This document shows positions 1-9,359 of a DNA stretch of 64,000 nt, one piece after another. The notes under the pieces are model-generated. The model saw nothing but the letters and a program-made list of their open reading frames with translations. It did not search any database and was not told where the DNA came from. The position numbers and the translations under genes are program-made. Each line of letters starts with the position of its first letter. Positions within the stretch are counted from its first letter, which is position 1. The stretch comes from a virus. The stretch lies in IMG/VR virus record IMGVR_UViG_3300045541_000163; one strand, 5' to 3'.

Positions 1-1590
1 TAATGCTAACATTTCGTCTAACATTTCAGGATAGCTAGGGCAAGCGATTAATGTAAAATAATTTATTTCTTCACGAATCTCGGTATTTTCGTTAACGGCA
101 GCCTGTAGTTGTCTTACTACAGAACGACGTTGCGCCTTACGCAACATATATGGTCTGCCATTTTCTTGATTACCACTGAATGTGTCCCATACTCCTGTAG
201 TAGCATTATATTTTTTCACGTTGCCTGTAGATACTACAGCGTTCCAGCACATCATTCCAACGGGATATAGTGCAGGATCTGGACCGTCTGTTAGAACAGT
301 TGCACCGCCGCCATTGGATGTGTCAGCTGCTGTGTCAGTTAGATCAGCAAATACAACACCGTTAGGAGTTGTTTGATCGGTTGTATCTCTTGCTACCCAA
401 GCTGAACCATCATATTCATATATAGAAGGATAGTTTTCAATGTCTGAACTATCGACCCAAACATCGCCAGCTGAAGGACCTGATGGTGCTGTGCTATCAA
501 TTGTTACTGCGCCTGCCACTGGTACCCACTTAGTGCCTGACTTTTTATACAAGTCAGCTACTAAAGCAGAATTATACCATAATGTTCCATCAGCTGGTGC
601 TGATGTTGGAGCATCTGCTCCGGGCTTTTCGTCAAGAGCTACCCATGTAGAACCATTATACTTTAGCAGAGTATAATTAGCATTTGTGGCTGCGACTTTG
701 GCGTATATTTTTCCAGTTGCTAATGAAGCACCAAATCCAGTATTGGCAGCAGAATCATCGGCATAGGCCGGAACATTTTGTAGTTCCCATGGACTCTTAA
801 CTGGCAAATTAGCGGCTACATATTTTCTAACAACTAGTTTTAGGCCTGAATTTGGTGATGTTGTTTTAATCCAAATATCACCGACATTCAGTGCTGTTGG
901 AATTGCGTAGTGAGCGGCAGCAAAAACCTTTTTTCCTAAACCAGATTCTGTGCAAATTACCCAAGAACCGCTTACATATTTCCATAGCTGATAGCTAGCT
1001 AAAGTCTCTAAAGCAACAATAGTATAGTCGCCGTTTGTACCACTAATAGTAGGAACGTATACACCACTTACTACAGTAGTATCAGCAACATCAGTAACAA
1101 TACTTGGAGTCTTTGCTACCCAATTGCCTGTGCCGGTTGCAGTAGCTTCGAAGATGCCAAAGGTACTGGCTGTTAAATCAAACCAATAAGTACCATCTGC
1201 TGGAGCACTTGCTGGTTCAAACACTGTAGGCTCTAATTGAGCTAAGTCAATGTCAGCTCGTAGCACATAAGCGCGGTTGGCTAAGCCTAGATAGCTATAA
1301 GCAGCTAATAGGCCATACTCGTTAGTCTCGGCACCGTGTACAGGTGTGCCATCGATAACTTTAAATTGAGGCTGACCGAATTGCTCGACTAATTCTCGCT
1401 GGCTTGTTAATAAATTAAGTTTGCCAGCATTTGCAGGACGAGTTCCTGCGGCATAACCTGTGCCACTTACATTGACTTTATTGCTTTGAGTAGCAAGAAC
1501 AATCAGTGGTACTGTGCCTTGGCCTGCTGAACCATATTGACTTTCATCTGTAACGCTAATCGCTACGCCGGGGGAAACTAATGTAGGCAT
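1..1590 (-). CDS. gp18: Tail sheath protein, 5' part; runs off the window start and is not in the ORF track
   Basis: ATG at 1590 with AAGGAG RBS. Manual translation begins MPTLVSPGVAISVTDESQY...ETNEYGLLAAYSYLG, the N-terminal motif of T4-like sheath proteins. The same frame is in register at base 1 (...IACPSYPEMLDEMLAL). Confidence 0.92.
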   Translation of the reverse strand, partial: MPTLVSPGVAISVTDESQYGSAGQGTVPLIVLATQSNKVNVSGTGYAAGTRPANAGKLNLLTSQRELVEQFGQPQFKVIDGTPVHGAETNEYGLLAAYSYLGLANRAYVLRADIDLAQLEPTVFEPASAPADGTYWFDLTASTFGIFEATATGTGNWVAKTPSIVTDVADTTVVSGVYVPTISGTNGDYTIVALETLASYQLWKYVSGSWVICTESGLGKKVFAAAHYAIPTALNVGDIWIKTTSPNSGLKLVVRKYVAANLPVKSPWELQNVPAYADDSAANTGFGASLATGKIYAKVAATNANYTLLKYNGSTWVALDEKPGADAPTSAPADGTLWYNSALVADLYKKSGTKWVPVAGAVTIDSTAPSGPSAGDVWVDSSDIENYPSIYEYDGSAWVARDTTDQTTPNGVVFADLTDTAADTSNGGGATVLTDGPDPALYPVGMMCWNAVVSTGNVKKYNATTGVWDTFSGNQENGRPYMLRKAQRRSVVRQLQAAVNENTEIREEINYFTLIACPSYPEMLDEMLAL

Positions 1591-1652
1591 TTAATGCTCT
1601 CCTTATTGGTTACTATTATTTAGTAAAATTCGGAGAAAACGCCTTTATTTAG

Positions 1653-2306
1653 TCAAATTGGTATTTTTTGAGAATTCTCATGCACCAACTCTTGTACCTT
1701 ATCGTACAAAGAATCGATAGATCCATTATTGTCTAGTATAGCATCAAAGTTTGTAGCTGCCCAGCTATACTCGCTGGCATGGATGCCGTCTCGAACTAGT
1801 GCGTCCCTGGCGATGGCCCAACCAATTTTACTAGGGCCACTCATATAGTTAATAGCATGTGGCATCCAACTGGGTTCTTTGCCGCGAACTACACGAACTA
1901 CAATTCCACCTTGATTTTTAATAGCTTTAATTTCATTAGGAAATCTGCAATCGCTAATTACGATATCGTCCTGTGTTTTTCTAAGTTTATTTTCTACACT
2001 AGCGATCCAGATATCATCATGAAAATGATTACGCAAAACATCTGTACCCCAATACTGCAAAACCCAACGAGGAGTAAGATGCGGGATATCTAGACGCTTG
2101 GCCCACCATTCGTCAACTTGTTCGCGCCATGCACGAGCTTCTTTAGTACGACCTTCTAATAAGACACGATCCCAGCCGAATACTGCGGCTACAGCATCCT
2201 TAAGAGTATTGGCGAAACTTTCACGACGAAACTCATGCACATTGACAAGATAGTCAGCAATAGTATCTTTTCCAGCACCAATAAGACCGCAAATTCCTAT
2301 AATCAT
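1653..2306 (-). CDS. Deoxynucleoside monophosphate kinase (T4 gp1-like)
   Basis: N-terminal IIGICGLIGAGKDT P-loop, TPRWVLQYWGTD and VISDCRFPNE motifs typical of phage dNMP kinases. Confidence 0.9.
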   Translation of the reverse strand: MIIGICGLIGAGKDTIADYLVNVHEFRRESFANTLKDAVAAVFGWDRVLLEGRTKEARAWREQVDEWWAKRLDIPHLTPRWVLQYWGTDVLRNHFHDDIWIASVENKLRKTQDDIVISDCRFPNEIKAIKNQGGIVVRVVRGKEPSWMPHAINYMSGPSKIGWAIARDALVRDGIHASEYSWAATNFDAILDNNGSIDSLYDKVQELVHENSQKIPI

Positions 2307-2794
2307 TTAAATGTTTCCTCTAGCCATTGTTTGCATTCTGGCCATTCAGTATACTGATGTGCGATACCGCCAACGGCACGCCACGCTTTACAATTACTTT
2401 CCCTGTCGTCAATCAATATGTCGCCAGGAAGGCATCGCTGATGTTTTTCTCGACTGTAAGGACCAAAAAATACCGGGACCTCGGGAAAATGGTCGTTGGC
2501 CCACCAAATCTTGTCGTTAAATGCCCAAGGCACATCGTTACCTCTGGGAACAGCCGTTAAAAAATATAAGCCAATATTGGGATTTCTTTTACGATAAGAA
2601 ACTAGCCAGGAAATCAATTCAATGCCGCCGGATCTAACAGGAAGACTTCTATAGAGTCTTTGATATTGTTTTAATTGATTCCATTGATCTTCTGGGATTC
2701 GTTCTTGACCTTGATCCCAGTGGCCGACAATTTTTCGGGCGGCTGACGAGAAATCAGCTACTACATCATCCATGTCAACATATATGTTAAGCAT
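2303..2794 (-). CDS. 5'(3')-deoxyribonucleotidase, HAD superfamily
   Basis: YVDMDDVVADF (HAD motif I), FLTA, ILIDD (motif IV). Confidence 0.85.
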   Translation of the reverse strand: MLNIYVDMDDVVADFSSAARKIVGHWDQGQERIPEDQWNQLKQYQRLYRSLPVRSGGIELISWLVSYRKRNPNIGLYFLTAVPRGNDVPWAFNDKIWWANDHFPEVPVFFGPYSREKHQRCLPGDILIDDRESNCKAWRAVGGIAHQYTEWPECKQWLEETFK

Positions 2795-2830
2795 CGTAGT
2801 AGTATATATTTCGTACTATCTGTTTGTCAA
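2795..2830 (-). promoter_or_regulatory. sigma70-type promoter TTGACA-18-TATACT, 6 nt upstream of the ATG
   Basis: Minus strand TTGACA at 2830-2825, TATACT at 2806-2801, ATG at 2794. Confidence 0.75.
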
Positions 2831-2835
2831 CTGTT

Positions 2836-3042
2836 TTATTTTTTAGGCATAGGATTTTCGCCGGTAAGTCTGGGACGACTAAACCATAGCTTAAACCACT
2901 CGTCACTGCCGGGGCGAATATTGTGTTTACGCATATATTCGGCTTTTTCGCTGCCAATGGCACCGCTAACAGGACTTTGCTCGCCGGCTGACTTAGCTTC
3001 GTCGATACCGGCAAGTTTGCGAAGTTTTTCTAAATCATCCAA
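2836..3042 (-). CDS. Small hypothetical protein (68 aa) with an LRKLAGI motif; probable TTG start
   Basis: GGAGGA lies 7 nt before TTG at 3042, overlapping the gp13 stop. Gives MDDLEKLRKLAGI...; the ORF-track start at 3075 has no obvious RBS. Confidence 0.65.
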   Translation of the reverse strand: MDDLEKLRKLAGIDEAKSAGEQSPVSGAIGSEKAEYMRKHNIRPGSDEWFKLWFSRPRLTGENPMPKK

Positions 3043-3781
3043 TGATGAATCCTCCGTAACCGCCGCCATCAACATAGTTCTTCAAATCTTCGTCTAGTTT
3101 TTCAATTTCGGCTTGAGCTTCGTTCTTAAGGTTGTCGCCGTTTAAGCTTGTACCGCCTTGTGGGCCTGCAATAGTAGCAAATTTGCTACGAGCTTCGCCT
3201 AGCATAAACTTGGCTTTGGCAAACGCATAATCGCGCAACCAAGTAGTAGCATAAGGATCCATTAACAAATCTTCATCATCCCGCTCAATCCAACACCATA
3301 CATATACTGTATCATCCATACGGAATTTACGATGTAACATGATAGTTTTATCGTTTTGATTGAATGTAAAAGTTACATAGCCGCCAAACATACGAGCAAT
3401 TAATTCACGGCGATCTGCGTAAAGTTCATAGTTCATTAGACCGGCAAAGTTAGTAGCATTTTGCAGTAACATGTTGTTCAAATACATAGTGTTGAAAGGT
3501 TCAAAGTCAACACCTGTGCCGCTGGTTCCTGCTGTACCAGTTTGACGAAGTACAACTTCGCGCACTACTTGTACATTCATGGGCAATTGATAAACTTGTT
3601 TTTCTTGTTGAATATCTATTGGAATAAACTTTTCTGCAACGCCGCGACTGCTACGAGACTTATACTTTCTCAATGCTTGATTTAATGCAAGATTATAGTG
3701 GTCGTAATCAAGTTCAACGTCAACCATGCCGCCGCCTAGTCGTAGTTCAATGTCTTTGATTACATCATCTTTTATGCCCAT
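3035..3781 (-). CDS. gp13: Neck protein (T4 gp13-like head-tail adaptor)
   Basis: IELRLGGGMVDVEL, WLRDYAFAKAKFMLGEARSKF, GPQGGTSLNG resemble gp13 family motifs; GGGAG RBS; near gp14/gp15-like genes. Confidence 0.8.
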   Translation of the reverse strand: MGIKDDVIKDIELRLGGGMVDVELDYDHYNLALNQALRKYKSRSSRGVAEKFIPIDIQQEKQVYQLPMNVQVVREVVLRQTGTAGTSGTGVDFEPFNTMYLNNMLLQNATNFAGLMNYELYADRRELIARMFGGYVTFTFNQNDKTIMLHRKFRMDDTVYVWCWIERDDEDLLMDPYATTWLRDYAFAKAKFMLGEARSKFATIAGPQGGTSLNGDNLKNEAQAEIEKLDEDLKNYVDGGGYGGFIIG

Positions 3782-3816
3782 AAAAAATCTCCCGATATTG
3801 TATTTATCGGGAGATT
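3782..3816 (-). terminator. Intrinsic terminator hairpin containing a late promoter (GATAAATA) and the gp13 RBS
   Basis: 12-bp perfect stem 3786-3797/3805-3816, followed on the minus strand by a U tract. GATAAATA at 3808-3801; GGGAG in the 3' arm. Confidence 0.8.
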
Positions 3817-3834
3817 GAGTTTAAGTTATCTGTT

Positions 3835-5040
3835 TTATTTGTAGGCTTTTAGCAGAATGATGTCTGCACTAATGCGTCCATTGAGCTTAGTCTCTACACT
3901 TTTGACACCTTTGAACCATTTCTTGGCAGCAGGCTTGCCGTTACTGCTAAACTCTTTGATTTGATCCTTGGGCTTACGTAGAGTTTTCTGCACACTATTG
4001 GCAGCATCAAATCCTACAATAGCTTTGCCCTTAACACCCAATGCTCCTGCATATTGGTCTGCAACATAAATGCCCAACTTGCGAGTCTTGGTGTTGTAGA
4101 CCCACAGTTCCTGTGCTGTAAGAATCTGCGTGGCTTCAATACTCTTGAGTTTGAGCTCGGCAAACTCTTTCATGAATACCAGCTTGCTAACAACCTTCTC
4201 TGGTGGCACGGCTTTCTTCTTGCGCGGTGCTTTGCTGGCTTTCTTAATGATGCCATAGCTGTTGCAGTCTGCAAGAATCTGCTGCCACCACTTAACAATA
4301 GCAGTCAGCTGACGCTTGCCAAAACGACCATATGCTTCGACTAGCTGACTGTCAGTGCCTGTAATGACTTCTTCATACTCAGCAACACGGCGTTCTGCTA
4401 GTGCAATAACTGTTTTAATATGCGCTGGCTGTACATTGAATTGTGTTAGCAAGTCAATGATTTTGGGTTCAGCTTTGAAGTCACCGGCAGTGATATACTC
4501 ATCGAAACGGCCTTCGATTTCACCAATACACTCAGCAGTCTTCTCTGCCAAGCGATCTTGAATAGTAGGGCCTTTTGGCTTTTCTACTTCTTCAACAAAT
4601 GGAGTGTCAATGGCAATTTTAGTATGAGCTTGTTGGGCCCGGTCGAGCTGCCGAAGAATTGTCTTTAGAGTGCTGTAGCGCAGGTGCAGACCAATTCGTG
4701 CCGCTCGAAGTGCATAACCGGCAGTAGCACCAGGCCACACATCTCCGCGGCGAACCGCTTCGGCCAGTTCATGACGCCGCGGGTTTCGTGCCAAAAACTG
4801 ATGTAGCCATTCGGCACTCTTTTTGTTGTCTTGTGTATAGTTGTACCAATTCAACGCCTTGCCTAGTCGAATTCGATATTCTGAGTCAGACCATGTGGCT
4901 TGAACATCGGCACTGGGATAGCTAGGCTCGTCGCCCATGTACTTAGCATCGCTGCCGCGATTGACTATGGGCTTGACCGGCTCGGCAAACCGCCACGCTA
5001 TTTGCCCTGTAGTTACTTTGGTGAGTTTTTTAGTTGCCAT
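3835..5040 (-). CDS. Hypothetical protein (401 aa), basic C-terminal domain
   Basis: Long intact ORF downstream of a sigma70 promoter; no catalytic motif recognised. Confidence 0.85.
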   Translation of the reverse strand: MATKKLTKVTTGQIAWRFAEPVKPIVNRGSDAKYMGDEPSYPSADVQATWSDSEYRIRLGKALNWYNYTQDNKKSAEWLHQFLARNPRRHELAEAVRRGDVWPGATAGYALRAARIGLHLRYSTLKTILRQLDRAQQAHTKIAIDTPFVEEVEKPKGPTIQDRLAEKTAECIGEIEGRFDEYITAGDFKAEPKIIDLLTQFNVQPAHIKTVIALAERRVAEYEEVITGTDSQLVEAYGRFGKRQLTAIVKWWQQILADCNSYGIIKKASKAPRKKKAVPPEKVVSKLVFMKEFAELKLKSIEATQILTAQELWVYNTKTRKLGIYVADQYAGALGVKGKAIVGFDAANSVQKTLRKPKDQIKEFSSNGKPAAKKWFKGVKSVETKLNGRISADIILLKAYK

Positions 5041-5042
5041 TA

Positions 5043-5471
5043 TTAGTCCTTAGTTAGTTGATGAACAGCACGACGGAACAATAAAATTTCTTTGGAAAAT
5101 GCTTCCACTTCCCATGGCTGGTCCAAATAATCTTTGCTATTTTTGCGGCCGCACCAGTAAGCATTAACTTTGCCGCGTTGATACTTATGTTGTAACTGGC
5201 CACGAATCAATTGCTTAACATGAACCATTTCATGTGCCAATGTACGTAATAGATCGCAGAGATTCATTGAACTCTGCAAGTATATAAAAAAGTCTCCGGC
5301 TAGTCCCAAAGTTAAACCTTCGGAGTTATGTTCTGACCCTACGTCCCTGCGTAGACAAATGTACACGGTTGTGGGTTTTTTGTCAACATTTAAGAATTCG
5401 GCGTATTTTTTGCTAAATTCCAATAATGCTTGGCGTTTGTCCCTAGACCGGGTCTCGATTACGAAGTCCAT
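5043..5471 (-). CDS. Putative zincin-fold metallopeptidase
   Basis: TLAHEMVHVKQ (HEXXH) plus downstream YLDQPWEVEAF providing a third-ligand Glu. Confidence 0.7.
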   Translation of the reverse strand: MDFVIETRSRDKRQALLEFSKKYAEFLNVDKKPTTVYICLRRDVGSEHNSEGLTLGLAGDFFIYLQSSMNLCDLLRTLAHEMVHVKQLIRGQLQHKYQRGKVNAYWCGRKNSKDYLDQPWEVEAFSKEILLFRRAVHQLTKD

Positions 5472-5506
5472 TTTCGTATTATATAGCCGGAATCAATTTG
5501 TGTCAA
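5472..5506 (-). promoter_or_regulatory. Consensus sigma70 promoter TTGACA-17-TATAAT, 6 nt upstream of the ATG
   Basis: TTGACA at 5506-5501, TATAAT at 5483-5478, ATG at 5471. Confidence 0.88.
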
Positions 5507-5522
5507 TAACCCAAGCCAAACA

Positions 5523-5530
5523 GGTAAATA
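5523..5530 (+). promoter_or_regulatory. Late promoter GGTAAATA
   Basis: Matches the T4 late box TATAAATA; 7 nt before the ATG at 5538. Confidence 0.65.
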
Positions 5531-5537
5531 CTATACT

Positions 5538-6584
5538 ATGCCAAGATTAAGCCTTTGGAAAAACGAAAAAACCGCGGACTTCCATTTTATGGACAAAGTG
5601 ATCCGCGAACAATTTATGGTCGGCGGTACTGCTGTGTTGATCCACAAATATCTACAGCCTGCAGATCAAGGTGCCAGCAATGACGCCACAAAGCCCAACT
5701 ATGCTGCCGACGACATTCTGAACGAAACCAAAATACAAGACTTGTTGTTTTTGGAAAACAGGGATCGTATATATGACCCCGATGTTTACGAGCTTCGTGG
5801 TGTTTATAACGTTGGCGATCAGGACTTCGATTTAACACAGTTTGGTTTATTCTTAAGCGCCGACACAATATTTGTCAGCTTTCACATCAACGATATGGTC
5901 GAGCGTATGGGCCGCAAACTAATGGCCGGCGATGTCATTGAATTGCCGCATGTCAGAGATGATTTGTTATTAGATCAATCAAAAGCTGCTGTGAATAAGT
6001 TTTATGTAGTGCAAGACGCCAGCAGAGCAGCCGAAGGTTTTAGTCAAACTTGGTACCCGCACATTTGGCGTATCAAAGCCAGCCCAATGACTGATGCACA
6101 AGAATATCGCGATATTCTGCAGAATAAGGCAGACAACGGCGTCGATACTTTAAAAGATGCACTTAGCACTTATCAACGTGAGCTAGAAATCAGCAATGCT
6201 ATCATTGAGCAAGGCGAACGATTAGCACCAAATATACTAGACGACAACAGTAACATAGTACAAGATACCACTAAGCGTTATCAAGTTCATGCAGACCCAA
6301 CTTATGAACACGGCGAGACATTAAATCAAGGACTAAGTTTTCCATTGAATCCCAAGCAGGGCGATTTTTTCTTAAGAACCGATTATACACCTCCGGTATT
6401 ATTTGCCTATCGAGGAACAAGATGGCAGCGTATGGAAACACAGAACGGACCGGTTGACTTACGAGAGCGTGTATTAAATGCTGCACCATTTATTAACAAT
6501 GAAAATACCACTGTTATAGGAAATCAAGAGATGCCAGAGCGTCAAGCATTGAGCCAAGTTGTCAGACCCAAGACTGATTATTAA
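5538..6584 (+). CDS. gp14: Neck/head-completion protein (T4 gp14-like)
   Basis: MPRLSLWK...QDLLFLENRD...FDLTQFGLFL...GDVIELPH pattern; directly precedes the gp15-like gene. Confidence 0.72.
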   Translation: MPRLSLWKNEKTADFHFMDKVIREQFMVGGTAVLIHKYLQPADQGASNDATKPNYAADDILNETKIQDLLFLENRDRIYDPDVYELRGVYNVGDQDFDLTQFGLFLSADTIFVSFHINDMVERMGRKLMAGDVIELPHVRDDLLLDQSKAAVNKFYVVQDASRAAEGFSQTWYPHIWRIKASPMTDAQEYRDILQNKADNGVDTLKDALSTYQRELEISNAIIEQGERLAPNILDDNSNIVQDTTKRYQVHADPTYEHGETLNQGLSFPLNPKQGDFFLRTDYTPPVLFAYRGTRWQRMETQNGPVDLRERVLNAAPFINNENTTVIGNQEMPERQALSQVVRPKTDY

Positions 6585-6586
6585 TC

Positions 6587-7945
6587 ATGAATTATTTTTA
6601 CGACGAACAAATTAGACGATATCTTACACAGTTTATGCGTATCCTGGGCGGCTTTACTGTTAAAACTGGCAAGGATCGAAACGGCAACGAAGAATATATT
6701 CAGGTACCTGTGCGTTATGGCGATATAAATCGCATGGCAGCACATATCATGAAAAATCAAAGTGAAAATGCCATCAACACTGTACCATTCATTAGTTGCT
6801 ATGTTACTGACTTAACTATCAGTGCTGAACGCAGACTTAATCCAACTCACATAGACAAAACAAGAGTTTACGAAAAAAAGTTTGATCCCGATTCAGGACA
6901 ATACGTAGACGGCGAAATAGGCAACACTTATACTGTTGAAAAGTACATGCCTGTTCCCTATGATTTAACTGTTCAGGTTGATATATGGACCAGTAATACC
7001 GATCAGAAATTACAAATATTAGAACAGATTTTAGTTCTGTTTAATCCCAGCATTAACTTAAAAACCAACGACAATCCTTTTGATTGGAGTAATTTAACTT
7101 ATACTGAATTAGTTAATGTGGTATGGAGTGTGAGACAAGTACCACAAGGCACAGACGACATTATTGATGTTGCAGCATTAAATTTTACTTTGCCTATATT
7201 AATCAATCCTCCAGCAAAAGTAAAACGCCAAACTTTAATTCATACGATTTTAACTGAAATAAAGAAAAAAAGCGACGACGACCAACTAGACTGGGTACCT
7301 AGCGATCCAGTGCCACATAAGCAATGGGTAATTGTAACTTTCGAAGACTTAAAACTACAAGTAAAAATATCCGGCAACGAAGCTACTCTGTTGAATAAAA
7401 GTGGCGGCACTCTAGACGATCAGGGCAATTTACTAAGTTGGGAAAATACTTTAAAGCCATACGGATCTAGTAGTTTTGGAATCAGTAACATAAGATTACG
7501 CCGTGGATATGACCCGTCGGACGCATCAGACGATATTGTTGCTGTGATTGACGGCTTTGATCCATCCCCATCTAAATCAAATATTGCTTATATTACTATT
7601 GATTCAACAAGTTTGCCTAGCACAACCCAAGCATCAATAAACGCTATCATTAATCCTTCGAAAGTATATCCAGGCGGAGTGCTGCCTGCTGCTGTTACGG
7701 GACAACGTTATCTTATAGTAGCCGATGTACCACAGATTCCTGCATGGGGAATTACAAACGCTAAGGCCAATGATATCATTGAATACAATGGCAGTTCGTG
7801 GATTGCAAGTTTTTCTGCGGCTAATAATACTAATGCCATTGTATTAAATACTACTAACAATTTCTTATACGAATGGCGTAATGGCCAATGGATTAGTGCA
7901 ATCGAAGGCACTTATCAAAATGGTTGGTGGAGATTATATTTGTGA
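6587..7945 (+). CDS. gp15: Tail sheath stabiliser/terminator (T4 gp15-like) with C-terminal extension
   Basis: YFYDEQIRRYLTQF, VPVRYG, MPVPYDLTVQVDIWT, QILEQILVLFNP are gp15 family motifs. Confidence 0.8.
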   Translation: MNYFYDEQIRRYLTQFMRILGGFTVKTGKDRNGNEEYIQVPVRYGDINRMAAHIMKNQSENAINTVPFISCYVTDLTISAERRLNPTHIDKTRVYEKKFDPDSGQYVDGEIGNTYTVEKYMPVPYDLTVQVDIWTSNTDQKLQILEQILVLFNPSINLKTNDNPFDWSNLTYTELVNVVWSVRQVPQGTDDIIDVAALNFTLPILINPPAKVKRQTLIHTILTEIKKKSDDDQLDWVPSDPVPHKQWVIVTFEDLKLQVKISGNEATLLNKSGGTLDDQGNLLSWENTLKPYGSSSFGISNIRLRRGYDPSDASDDIVAVIDGFDPSPSKSNIAYITIDSTSLPSTTQASINAIINPSKVYPGGVLPAAVTGQRYLIVADVPQIPAWGITNAKANDIIEYNGSSWIASFSAANNTNAIVLNTTNNFLYEWRNGQWISAIEGTYQNGWWRLYL

Positions 7946-8418
7946 AACAATTCAAAGGTGTGGGAGCAATTATTGTCAGTGAAGCATCTGGTCGTGTCAT
8001 GACTGTGCTTCGCTCGCCTAAAGAAAGCTATCCAAACACCTGGACATTTGCTGGAGGCAAAGTCGAAATAAATGAAAATTCAATTGAGGCTCTCGTAAGA
8101 GAATTAAAAGAAGAGTTACAATTAACAAAAATTAAAAAGATACTTCCTTTACATCGTTATCAAAGTCGCAGCGAAGATTTTGTCTATGACACGTTCATTG
8201 TTCTGGTTAGTAAGGAATTTATTCCAGAACTTAACTGGGAAAACAGTGGTTATTCCTGGACTAGCATTGATGAATTACCTAATCCGTTACATCCCAAAAC
8301 TCGTAAAATGATTAGTTCGTCAAGACTGATATCGAAGTTTAAGAATTTTTATAACTGGGTTGATAAGAAAAATGGCAGCAAAGATAATACCTTTTCCCAA
8401 GAAGGAACAACCTCTTAA
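7942..8418 (+). CDS. NUDIX hydrolase; probable GTG start at 7942
   Basis: Nudix box GGKVEINENSIEALVRELKEEL; GTGA overlap with the gp15 stop and an upstream GGAG. Confidence 0.88.
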   Translation: MKQFKGVGAIIVSEASGRVMTVLRSPKESYPNTWTFAGGKVEINENSIEALVRELKEELQLTKIKKILPLHRYQSRSEDFVYDTFIVLVSKEFIPELNWENSGYSWTSIDELPNPLHPKTRKMISSSRLISKFKNFYNWVDKKNGSKDNTFSQEGTTS

Positions 8419-8770
8419 TAGTGCAAGGTCATTAGATTTATATTATTGCTGGGATTGCCGGCTTAATAATCCTCTGCTCAACAAATTGTATAAGCCAGAG
8501 ATATGCTATGTAGAAAGATGGTTTTTACAAGTTCAACATTTATTAAATATCGAAGATGTCGAGCACCCTATTATAAAAACTATATTCAATGAGAAAGACA
8601 ATACACTCGAATTATTAATCGACGCCACAGAAAAAGATTTGGCAGTTCAACGATATTTTGCAGATACTACTAATAGAATATCAGCTGATATTAACACTGG
8701 CAAATTAAATCGTTGGCTATTTAAGTGGCAAAGCTTACAGAAATATCGTCAGAGTTTTTATACTCTTTAA
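8372..8770 (+). CDS. Hypothetical protein
   Basis: Intact ORF starting MAAKIIPFPKK; overlaps the NUDIX stop and, convergently, the 3' end of the glycosyltransferase-like gene. Confidence 0.65.
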   Translation: MAAKIIPFPKKEQPLNSARSLDLYYCWDCRLNNPLLNKLYKPEICYVERWFLQVQHLLNIEDVEHPIIKTIFNEKDNTLELLIDATEKDLAVQRYFADTTNRISADINTGKLNRWLFKWQSLQKYRQSFYTL

Positions 8771-9359
8771 TGCCCAAGTGTCCTATTTCTAAACTAGTTT
8801 TAACATCTAGCCAGACTGGAATGTCGGCTGCGAAACATTTTCTAAAAAATTCAATGTCCTCGCCGGTATATTCGCCGTTATGAAATCCTAGTATAAACCA
8901 CGGCAATTCAAGTTCGTCAAATACTGATGTTTTTATTAAGCAAAAGCCAAGAGCCATTGCTTCGACTTGAATGTGACTGTCAGTTTGTTCTGTTAACACT
9001 ACATGTGTCGACCAGTCGCCAATTTTATGCCATGCAGTAGTTATTAAAGGTTCGATGCGTTTACTGTATGCTGCACCGACAATAGGCTCGTTAAACTCAA
9101 TTAGACTGATGACATGACTTGGCTCAAACACAATGTCACTGTCAATGAACATCACATGAGTTGCGCCCCATTCTTTAGCTACCTTGACTAGTTCGTGTCT
9201 TTGATTGGCAATTAAAGTTCCAGGGCTTAAGAATAATCTATGCTCTATATTATAAGCCGAAAGCTCTATGGCAAGATTGTACAAACTAAATGAGCATCTG
9301 CTATGCATTAACTCCCGCGTGGGAATACATATAGCTACCTTGACGTCTGCTTGATTCAT
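8721..9359 (-). CDS. GT-A fold glycosyltransferase-like protein
   Basis: VAICIP start, VMFIDSDI (DxD), GFCLIKTSVF, GEDIEFF, IGHLG motifs. Confidence 0.72.
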   Translation of the reverse strand: MNQADVKVAICIPTRELMHSRCSFSLYNLAIELSAYNIEHRLFLSPGTLIANQRHELVKVAKEWGATHVMFIDSDIVFEPSHVISLIEFNEPIVGAAYSKRIEPLITTAWHKIGDWSTHVVLTEQTDSHIQVEAMALGFCLIKTSVFDELELPWFILGFHNGEYTGEDIEFFRKCFAADIPVWLDVKTSLEIGHLGIKEYKNSDDISVSFAT

